In this document: positions 6,051 to 14,400 of the stretch, piece by piece
Numbering within the stretch: position 1 is the stretch's first letter
Layout: every line of letters starts with the position of its first letter
NCBI GenBank assembly: GCA_038213805.1
Contig: JBBQSO010000111.1
Span: 1-15,451, forward strand
DNA: 15,451 nucleotides
Direction of reading: 5' to 3'
Origin: Planctomycetota bacterium
Lineage (GTDB): Bacteria; Planctomycetota; UBA11346
Program-made: the position numbers and the translations under genes
Notes under the pieces: model-generated
What the model was told of the DNA's origin: nothing
What the model saw: the letters and a program-made list of their open reading frames with translations, nothing else
Databases searched by the model: none

Positions 6051-7379
6051 TCATGGCGCCGCGACCGCCGCCGCCCCGCCTGCCACGCAGATGCTCTCGA
6101 GCCGCAGTTCCTGCCCGGCCGTCAGGTGCGGAACGATTACCAGGTGGTGCGGCTGCCCCGCATCGAGTCCGGTAGTCACCACCACCACGTGGTGGACGTT
6201 GCCGTGGGCGCCCCGCGCGAAGGCGCCGGCGTCGATGTCCGGACCGTCCTTGCTGCCGAGCGGCACCTGCGCCACGCCGTCGATCAGCACCTGGTAGGTG
6301 CCCGACCGTTCCGTGCTCTCGCCGAAGATCAGCACGGTTTCCGCCTGCACGGTGCACGCGAGCGGCGCCGGAGCGGCGGCCGCGGTGGCCTCCGCCACCG
6401 CCTGCTCGCCCTGCCAGCGCGACATCAGCATGTCGTAGAAGGCCGAGACCAGGTCGGGATGGGCGGCGCGCCAGCCGACCGGCAGCGGCGCGAGCGTGGC
6501 GAGCGGCACCCGCGCCCAGGTCATGCAGGTGGCGGCGTGCAGCATGCGCTGCGGCGCGCGGCATACCGCCGCGGCGTCCACGCCCTGCAGGAAGGCGCCC
6601 CACGCCGCCTCGGCGAACAGCCCGTAGCCGCGGTCGCCGGGGTGGACGGGATCGTTGGGCCACACCCCGGCGATCCTCTCCGCGCCGCCGACGAGGCGCT
6701 CCGCGATCAGCGCCACGGCGTCGCCGGAGGGCACGCCGTAGGCCTGGGCGATGGCTTGGTGCGCGGCGCGGCGCGGCATCGGTCTGGCGTCGTCGGTGAC
6801 GTTCCACTGGAAGGGGAAGATGACCTGCACCACCGGCACGCCAGCAAGCACCGTGCGCCGCACCAGCGACTCGTACGCAGCCAGGGTCGGCTCGTCGGCG
6901 GTGCCAAGGTCGTCATTGGCGGAGAAGTCGAGGAACACCAGGTCGGGCCTGCGCGCCAGCACGTCGCGTTCGAGGCGGAACACGCCGAGCAACGAGCCGG
7001 TGCCGCCGATCGCCGCGTCCTCGCCGTGGAAGCGGGCGCGGGGGTAGGCGGTCTCAAGGCGGCGCAGGACGTGCGCGCGGTAGGAGGTGCGCGCCTGGTC
7101 GGTGGCGTTCGCGCCCCAGGTCAGCGAGGCGCCGAAGAACACCACGGTGAGCGCCTCGCCGGCGCGCGCGCGGCGGTCGAACGCGGCGAAGTCGGCGTCG
7201 TGGGGTGCGGCCGAGGTCGGGGTGGCCGTGGCGGCGACCCCAACTTCGGCCGCGGCGGCGCCGCGCGGGCCAGCGGGAAGCAGCAGCGCGACCGCGGCGA
7301 GGGCAGCCGCGAGCGGCAGCGCCGGCAGGAAGGGGCGATCTGTGCGGAGCGTTCCGCGATCGCGTTGGCGAACATGCAT
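6051..7379 (-). CDS. Secreted SGNH/GDSL-family hydrolase (probable esterase) with a C-terminal beta-sandwich-like domain, 442 aa
   Basis: ATG at 7379 with AGGAG upstream. Signal-like N-terminus (Arg-rich, then LPLAAALAAVALLL...AAA). All four SGNH blocks are present: FFGASLTWG (Ser), AAIGGTGS (Gly), LDFSAND (Asn), DPVHPGDRGY (Asp-x-x-His). Confidence 0.9.
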   Translation of the reverse strand: MHVRQRDRGTLRTDRPFLPALPLAAALAAVALLLPAGPRGAAAAEVGVAATATPTSAAPHDADFAAFDRRARAGEALTVVFFGASLTWGANATDQARTSYRAHVLRRLETAYPRARFHGEDAAIGGTGSLLGVFRLERDVLARRPDLVFLDFSANDDLGTADEPTLAAYESLVRRTVLAGVPVVQVIFPFQWNVTDDARPMPRRAAHQAIAQAYGVPSGDAVALIAERLVGGAERIAGVWPNDPVHPGDRGYGLFAEAAWGAFLQGVDAAAVCRAPQRMLHAATCMTWARVPLATLAPLPVGWRAAHPDLVSAFYDMLMSRWQGEQAVAEATAAAAPAPLACTVQAETVLIFGESTERSGTYQVLIDGVAQVPLGSKDGPDIDAGAFARGAHGNVHHVVVVTTGLDAGQPHHLVIVPHLTAGQELRLESICVAGGAAAVAAP

Positions 7380-7467
7380 GCTGGTGCTCCTGCGGCCGTG
7401 GCCGCGCTCGGTGATGATTTTCCCAGGTGCACCGGGGGCGCGCTGCGCCGACGGTCTCCTCGCCGCG

Positions 7468-10400
7468 TTAATCCCCCAACACCATCTCACCCCACGCCGA
7501 CGGCGTCATCTGCAGCTCGTACACCTCGTCGCTGACCAGACCGGTGTTGAGGTTGCACCAGTAGGTGCGCAGCACCGTGTCATCGCCGGCGCGGTTGCCG
7601 TGGGTGGCGCCGAGATCGCCGCGCAGACGCAGTCCCGCAGCGGGCGCGAGGCCGAGCAGCGCGCTGGGCAGGTCGGCCTCGACGGTGTAGGAGCGGTGGT
7701 CGGGAGCGACCGTCACCAGCACGTGCACCTGGGTCTCGTCGAGCACCACCACGCTGTCCATGGCGTAGTCCTTGACCACGCCGGAGTGGAACGCGTGCGG
7801 GTGCTTCTCGGTGGCGACGCGGCGGTAGACCACCACCCGCGGACGGCCGTTGAACGAACCGATCGACAGGCGCAGGTCGCCCTGCCCCGCCTCGCTGCGG
7901 CCGGGCGGAGCGGCGCGGTCGGTGCCGAGTTGCAGGTCGACGGTGTCGCCGCGCGCGTACATGAATTCCGCAGCATCTGCGCCGTTGACCCAGGGGGTAT
8001 CGTCCTGGACTTCCCAGCCGGCGTGCAGGCCGGTGGCGTCCCAGGTGAGCGCGGCGCGCACCTTGGCGTTGTCCTGGCGCGAAAACGCGACCACCGCCGC
8101 GGCCGGGAAGTCGTGCGCCAGATCACCGGTGAAAGTCGGCGTGGCGCGTGGGACCGCGAGGTGGCGCGCGCCCTCGGCGAGCTCCAGCGAGCGCCGACGG
8201 TAGGCGCCGGCGACCTCCACGTCCTCGGCGCTCAGCTCAAGCGCGCCGCCGGGCAGGGCCTTGATGCCCTCAAGCCCGGTGACCGCGATGTTCCAGAAGC
8301 TCGCGTGGCCGGCCTGCAGCGAGATGGCGCCGTCGGTGCCCTGCACCAGCGCACCGCCGAAGGCCTCCTCGCCGGCGCCCGGCGGGCAGTGGCTGACGTC
8401 GACGCCGGGCGCGGCCTTGGCCGGCCACTCGACCTTCATCGCGTCGCCCTCGAAAATGTGCGTCAGGTAGTAACCCTTCTCAGTGAGCACATGCCATTCG
8501 CCCTTGTTGGTTGGTATCACCCACACGTTGCCGACCGGCGCGGGGAGCTTGGCGGCGCCGCAGATGTCGTAGGCGCCGCGGATCATGCCGACTTCGGGCG
8601 CGACCGCGCGATGCGAGCCGTGCACGCCGGTGAAATTGCTGGGATAGGTCCACATGCGCTGGCCGCTGGCGACGTCGAAACACTCAAGGGTGGTGTGGTC
8701 CTCGCCGTAGAGGCCGTTCCACAGCACGAAGCGCCCGTCGACCGAACCGTGATTGTGCTGCGCGCCCATGCCGCCGCGCAGCCGGCCGTCTTCTGGGCCG
8801 GGCAGCCGGCGCGCCTGATCGATGTCGTAGAGCGGTGCATGGCAGGCCGTCCAGCCGCTCACTGCGACCTGGTACAGGCTGCCGCAGAACGCCAGATCGG
8901 GGGTCATCGGCATGTACCAGCCCTGCAGCCAGCCCTCGAGCCGGTCGGGCCAGGCCCGCACCTCGTCGGGCTGCTCCTGCCCGTCGTCGTTGGCGTCCGC
9001 CCACACCACCACCTGCTTGGTGTGGTCGTCGCGGCTGATCTTCGTGCGCAGCTTCCACACGCCGTCACCGAGGCGCTCGAAGATGCGCACTGGCGCGCCG
9101 TCGCCGAGGAAGCCGGGCGTGACCGCCAGGTAGAGCCGGCCGTCGGGGCCGCTGCCGAAGCGCGCTGCGCCCACCCCGTCGCGGGTGACCACGCCCAGGC
9201 AGGTGGCACGGCCGGTCGTCGCATCGATGCGCCACTCGCAACCCTGGCCGATCATCAGATACGGGTCGCGCGGGTTGATCGCCCCGCCGATGGCGCCGTA
9301 CGAGGCCGCGCCGAAGTACTCGGCGCGGAAGCCGCCGCCGGCGACGTCCCAGACGCTGACGCGGCGCGGCGCAGCGTCGTCCTCGGCCACCCACAGCTGG
9401 CCGGTGCCGTCGACGGCGAGTCCGCTGATCGCGAGCATGCCCTCGCGGTCCCACGGGCCCAGCGGCGCGCGGCCGTCCGGACGCCCGATGGTGCGTGGGC
9501 CGCTGCCATCCGCGGCGAAGGCCTGGACGTGGTGGTGGGCGCCGCGGATGCCGAGGTAGATCTCGCCGCCGGGGCCGACGGCGAGCGCCGAAGCCCAGTC
9601 CTCCTTGTCGGCGAGGCGTGCGCTGGCGGCCACGGTGCTCGCGCTGCCGTCCGCGGGGAAGACCACTACGCGCGCGCTCTCCGACAGCACGTAGACGCGG
9701 CCGTCGCGGCCGACCTGCAGCGCTGACGGCTTGCGCACTGCGAAGCGGCGGACCTCCAGGCCGGTGCGGGCATCGACGGCCACGACGAGGTCGCGGTCGA
9801 AGGACAGGTAGAGCCGACCGCCACCGGCGGCGATGCCGTTCGGGCGCTCCGGCGCGCCGGCTTCCGTGCCCCACAGGTCGGCCATGGTCAGGTCGGTGCG
9901 CTTGAGCGCCGACCATTCGGAGTACGCGCCGGTGCGCGCGTCGACGCGGTAGATGCCGCGGGTCGCGTACTGGCCGATGTCGTTCCAGGCGTAGACCGTG
10001 CCGTCGGCGCAGGCGACCAGGCTGGCGCTGGCCAGCCCGCCGCGGATCTGCTTCCACAGGATGTGCCCAGCGGGGTCGCAGGCGAGCAGCGGCTTGGCGC
10101 CCTCGCCGCCGTTCCAGCCGACGTAGATGCGCTCGCCGTCGGAGGCGCAGGCGATCGGGTTGCCGTGGTCGGCGCCCCACACGTCGCCCCACGGCGCGTC
10201 CGAGCTGCTCGCCGCCCAGCCGCGCAGGCGCAGGCCGATGCCCGGGTGCCACAGTCCACCCCAGGTGTAGGCGCCGGGCGGCAGCGGCTGCCCGGGGGTG
10301 CGCACTGACATCGTGCCCAGGCCATCCCAGCGCACCTCGTGCTCGCCCTTGGGATAGAATGCGCTGGCCAGCAGCTGGCGCGCCACGCTGCCGTCGGCGC

Positions 10401-11376
10401 GGAAGATGTTCAGCGACACGTAGCCGTCGGCGTCGAGGGTGAAGCGCAGCGGCTTGAAGCCCTGGGGCTCGTGGCTGCGCGCCAGCCCCGTCCAGTCCAC
10501 CTCCGGCAGCCCAGCGACCACGCGCACCGGGAATTCGCGGCCGTCGGACAGGCGTTGGGCGCGCGGCGCGCGGTGGCCCGCGCCCTCGAGCGTGGCGAAG
10601 CCCCACGAGTTGGGCGCGGTGAAGGTGAATACGCGGTCGATGCCGCCGCCGCCCGTGAAGATGTCCTTGATGGTCAGGCGACCGCCGCCTGCGATGTTGA
10701 AGTTGGGCTCGGCGGTCATGCACAGGCGCGCACCCGCGACCGGCTGCCAGCCGTCGCGCGTCACCAGCGCCCAGGGGATGAACAGCTCCTGGTCGTAGCC
10801 GCGCTTGTCGGCGTGGACGCGGAACGCCTGCAGGCCACCGCGCTCCCGGCCTTCGCAGCCGCCCTCCTTGAAGCGCCGGCCCCAGCTGACGTTGATGGTG
10901 TCGAGGCCGTCGCGGTCGCGCCAGCACGAGAGATGGGTGGTGCGGCAGCCGGGCGGGTCGTCCTGGTCGCGGACCTCCTGCGGTGCGGGCGCGGCGGCCG
11001 CCGCCAGGGCCGCGGGTGGGGCGGTGAGCAGGCGCACCTGCAGGCAGTCGCCGTTGAAGCCGTAGTCGCCCTTGATGCTGCCCGGGTTGCTCAGCGGCGT
11101 GAGGTCCTGCCAGCGCGCGAACAGGTACAGGCCGCGCGCGTCCCACATCGCGTGCACCCACACGCCGTAGCTGTCGCGGGCGTTCTCGACATCGCCGCAG
11201 GCGAACACCCCTGAGCTGAGGTCCCAGTCGTCGCTGGCGCCATCCACGGTCACCGGGCCCGGCGCCGGAAGGATGTGCATGTCGATGTTCTCGGTCTCGG
11301 TTGCCGCAAGCCGCGCGGCGCAGAATGCGAGCAGCAGCAGGGCGGCAAGGCGACGGGCGGGAGTCGGGCGGGGCAT
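7468..11376 (-). CDS. Large secreted protein (1302 aa): CBM9/DOMON-like, FlgD Ig-like, NHL/SMP-30-like beta-propeller region, CBM9/DOMON-like; function unknown, probably glycan-related
   Basis: Signal peptide MPRPTPARRLAALLLLAFCAARLAA. CBM9-like motifs VDGASDDW, WDARGLY, DCLQ, YDQELFIPW. FlgD-like VSLNIFRADGSVARQL...VRWDG...PLPPGAY. Propeller repeats (ALAVGPGGEIY, GLAVDGTGQLWVAE). C-terminal WDATGLHAGWEVQDDTPW, GDTVDLQLG, YTVEADLP. Confidence 0.88.
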   Translation of the reverse strand: MPRPTPARRLAALLLLAFCAARLAATETENIDMHILPAPGPVTVDGASDDWDLSSGVFACGDVENARDSYGVWVHAMWDARGLYLFARWQDLTPLSNPGSIKGDYGFNGDCLQVRLLTAPPAALAAAAAPAPQEVRDQDDPPGCRTTHLSCWRDRDGLDTINVSWGRRFKEGGCEGRERGGLQAFRVHADKRGYDQELFIPWALVTRDGWQPVAGARLCMTAEPNFNIAGGGRLTIKDIFTGGGGIDRVFTFTAPNSWGFATLEGAGHRAPRAQRLSDGREFPVRVVAGLPEVDWTGLARSHEPQGFKPLRFTLDADGYVSLNIFRADGSVARQLLASAFYPKGEHEVRWDGLGTMSVRTPGQPLPPGAYTWGGLWHPGIGLRLRGWAASSSDAPWGDVWGADHGNPIACASDGERIYVGWNGGEGAKPLLACDPAGHILWKQIRGGLASASLVACADGTVYAWNDIGQYATRGIYRVDARTGAYSEWSALKRTDLTMADLWGTEAGAPERPNGIAAGGGRLYLSFDRDLVVAVDARTGLEVRRFAVRKPSALQVGRDGRVYVLSESARVVVFPADGSASTVAASARLADKEDWASALAVGPGGEIYLGIRGAHHHVQAFAADGSGPRTIGRPDGRAPLGPWDREGMLAISGLAVDGTGQLWVAEDDAAPRRVSVWDVAGGGFRAEYFGAASYGAIGGAINPRDPYLMIGQGCEWRIDATTGRATCLGVVTRDGVGAARFGSGPDGRLYLAVTPGFLGDGAPVRIFERLGDGVWKLRTKISRDDHTKQVVVWADANDDGQEQPDEVRAWPDRLEGWLQGWYMPMTPDLAFCGSLYQVAVSGWTACHAPLYDIDQARRLPGPEDGRLRGGMGAQHNHGSVDGRFVLWNGLYGEDHTTLECFDVASGQRMWTYPSNFTGVHGSHRAVAPEVGMIRGAYDICGAAKLPAPVGNVWVIPTNKGEWHVLTEKGYYLTHIFEGDAMKVEWPAKAAPGVDVSHCPPGAGEEAFGGALVQGTDGAISLQAGHASFWNIAVTGLEGIKALPGGALELSAEDVEVAGAYRRRSLELAEGARHLAVPRATPTFTGDLAHDFPAAAVVAFSRQDNAKVRAALTWDATGLHAGWEVQDDTPWVNGADAAEFMYARGDTVDLQLGTDRAAPPGRSEAGQGDLRLSIGSFNGRPRVVVYRRVATEKHPHAFHSGVVKDYAMDSVVVLDETQVHVLVTVAPDHRSYTVEADLPSALLGLAPAAGLRLRGDLGATHGNRAGDDTVLRTYWCNLNTGLVSDEVYELQMTPSAWGEMVLGD

Positions 11377-11413
11377 GGCGGCTTCCTGGTGGGGACGGCG
11401 GCGCAGATTTCGT

Positions 11414-11445
11414 ACTACACTATCTACTTGATAGTTTGTAGTGAA
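11414..11445 (-). promoter_or_regulatory. Putative sigma70-type promoter overlapped by an AT-rich imperfect dyad (candidate operator) upstream of the 1302-aa gene
   Basis: The minus strand reads TTCACT (11445-11440) - 17 nt - TAGTGT (11422-11417). The dyad on + is ACTAC-A-CTATC-tactt-GATAG-TTT-GTAGT (11414-11442). It is a sharply AT-rich island in GC-rich DNA, about 40 nt upstream of the ATG. Confidence 0.55.
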
Positions 11446-11490
11446 CGGCCGCGACGCGGCGCTGTGACAGACGTGGCCGCGCGGTCCGGC

Positions 11491-14400
11491 TCACTCGCAG
11501 GTGAACGTGCCCCACGTCGCCGGCACCAGCCAGGCCTCGCTCGGCGCGTCGTTGACCAGGTTGGTGGCCGGATTGGACCAGTAGGTGCGCGCCACGTCGC
11601 TGCGCCCGCCGCCGTCCGAGGAGATGAAGCCGGTGTCACCGCGCAGCTCCAGCCCACTCTGCGGCGCTACGCCGAGTTCCGCCCACGGCACCGCCGCCTC
11701 GACGCGGTAGCCGCGGGCGTCGACCGAGACCGCCACCTCGGCGGTGGCCAGCGTGGTCACGCGGTCGAAATGGCGGTCGCCGACCGGGGAGCGGTACGTG
11801 AGTCCTACGCCCGGCGGCGCAGCCTTGTCGATGGGGCGCATCAGCACGCACAGCGGGCGTCCGGCGCAGGGCGCGAACAGCAGGCGCAGGTGCCCGGCGC
11901 CGACCGCGCCGTCCGCCGGCGGCGCGCCGATTCCGAGCTGGAGGTCCACCGCGTCCCCGGTCTTGAACAGCAGCTGCGGGTCGCGGCCGGCATTCTCCCA
12001 CGGGGAGCCGTCGGTGACCTCGAATGCCACGTACAGGTGCTGCGCGTCCCAGCCAAGGCGGAAGGTGCCGTGCTCGGGCGCGTCGGCACGCCCGAGCGGT
12101 TCGCCGACGATGCCTGGCCAGTCAGCGAGGTCCCCGTCGATGCGCGGCGGCGCCGCCAGGCGGTGGATGAGCGCGCGCCGCGGTGGCGCGGTGGCGACCA
12201 GGCGAGCGGCGCGTGCGTCCGCGGCACGCACCGCGTCGGCCGCGGTGACGGTGAACGGCGCGCCGGCGCAGCGTCGTAGGCTCTCCAGGCCGTGCACCTG
12301 CGCGACCAGCGCCGCCTGGCCGGGGATGCCGGTGCAGATGCGCACCACCCCGTCCGACTGGCGGCCGAACCAGCCGTTGAACGGTTCGCCACCCTCGCTG
12401 CGGTCGTCGATGCGCCGCCCGGCCAGCGCCGCCTCGGTCGCCGGCAGCGGTGGTGCCGGCAGGCGCACGTCGCGGAACAGCTCGCCGACGTAGAGGCCGT
12501 CGCTGGTCATCAGGAAGTCCTGGCCGAGGTTGCCGCGGATCGCGAAGACCGCGCCGCCCTGGTCGAGGTGCGCGCTGCCGATGATCTTGAGCGCACCGAT
12601 GATCTCGCCCGGGCTGGCCGCCGGCGCGTGGTGCGAGCCGTGCACGCCGTGCGCATGCGACGGGTAGCGCCAGCACTCGCGCCACGTGCCGTACTCAAGG
12701 CCGCGCACGTAGCTCTCGCCGCCGTAGCCGGTGCTGCTCAGCACGATCAGGCGCCGCTCGTCGTCAAGCGGCACCAGGTCGCCGGCATCGGCGACGCTGA
12801 GCTCGCTCATGCCCGCGCGGCCGTAGCGCGGGGCGCCGTCGGCGGCGAAGCCGAGCGGGCGGTAGGCGACCAGCCCGCGGGCGTAGATCGCGAGGTCCTG
12901 ACCCATGCGCCCGCCCCAGCCGCAGTCCAGCGGCAGCGGCCCCTCGCCGCCCGCGCCGACCTGCGCGGCCGCGCGGCGCGCCGGGACCACCTCGCACTCG
13001 TCGCGCTGCGCCACGCCATCACCGTTGCGATCGTTCCAGAACACCCCGTCAAAGGGATCGAGACCGGCGAAGGCGCCGTCCGGCATGGCCACCGCCTTGC
13101 CGTCGGCGATGCGCCCCGAGAGGTGGCCGACCAGGGTGATCGCCGCCACCGGCCGCCAGCCGCCGGCGCCCTCCATGAACACCGTCAGCCCGGACTCGCC
13201 CCAGTCGCTGCGCGCGAACAGGTACTCGCGCGGGTGCCCCGACGCCGCACTGGTGAAGCGCTGCGGGGTGGCCAGCCCGCCGGTGATGGCGAGGCGCTCG
13301 CCGCGGGCGGCGTCGGGGCTCCATAGCACGCCGCCGACACGCCAGCTGCGCGCGGCGCCGTCGCGGATGAGCTCCACCGCGCCGGCGTAGGCGCGGGTCG
13401 GGTCCTGATCGTGGAGGTAGGCGCCGCAAGCGGCGTAGGCGGCGTTGCCGACGTAGTCGCGCACCAGCGTGCCGTCGCGCCCCCATACCGCCACGCGCCG
13501 TGGCAGATCCCAATTCTCGGTCGCCCAGATCAGCCCGGCGGCGTCGACCGCGAGGCCGCTGACCGCGGCGATGGTCTGCGGCGCGAAGGCACCGCGCGGG
13601 CGCCCGCCGCGCGCACCGGCGGTGCGCAGCAGGCGGCCGTCCGCTGCGAACACCTTGATCTGCTGGTCGGGACCGAGATCGGCGACGACCACGCCGCCGT
13701 CGGCGTCGACCGCCAGGGCGCGGCAATCGATCCCGGCCGGCACCGCCAGCGGCGCGCTTGTCCCGTGCTCGAGGTCGAGCCGCCAGGGCCGCCCTCCCGC
13801 CAGAGCGAAGAGCGTGCCGTCGGGCGCGAAGGCCAGCGCACCGGCCCCCGCCAACGCCAGGCGCCGGCGCGGGGTGACGGTGGCGGCGGAGAACTCCACC
13901 ACCTCGCCGCCGGCGAAGGCCAGGACCAGGCGGTCGCCGCGCGCGGCCAGGCCGGTCACCGCGCCCGGTTGTGCGCCGCCGAGCGCGGTGGCGAGATCGA
14001 CGGGCATCTCGGCGCGGCCGGCGATGGTCCACGGCAGGTACGCGCCGGTGGCGGCGTCCAGCCGGCCGAGTCCGCGCTTGCCCGACCAGAAGTCGTCGAG
14101 GATGAAGTAGGCGATGCCGCCGTCCGCGGCGAGCAGCCGCGCGCCCTGGCTCGCGCCCCAGCGTTTGCGGCCGTCGCGGCCGACACCGATGATGCCGGTG
14201 CCGCCCTCGACTCCGCCCCAGCCGATCACCACCACGTCGCCCGCCGCCGCAACGCAGCACGGCGGAGTGTGGTCTGCGCCCCACGCGCCGGTGCCATCGG
14301 CGGTCGTCCAGGGCGGCGTGCCGGGATTGTAGAAGCACTGCTCGTAGGTCGCGGTGAGCTCGCCGCGCGTCAGGCCGACGGCGTGGTAGGTCCCGGGAAG

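Noticed and set aside
7380..7490. Longer SGNH start at 7490 overlapping the upstream gene
   Set aside because: The ATG at 7379 has an AGGAG SD and leads straight into a signal-like peptide; the extension looks non-coding.
10260..10450. Flagellar (flgD) assignment from the FlgD Ig-like domain
   Set aside because: This Ig-like module is widespread in non-flagellar secreted proteins, and no flagellar genes are in the window.
11448..11460. Short GC palindromes (GCCGCG-A-CGCGGC here; GCGGCC-GT-GGCCGC near 7392-7405)
   Set aside because: Six-bp all-GC arms are expected by chance at this GC content, and no U-tracts follow.
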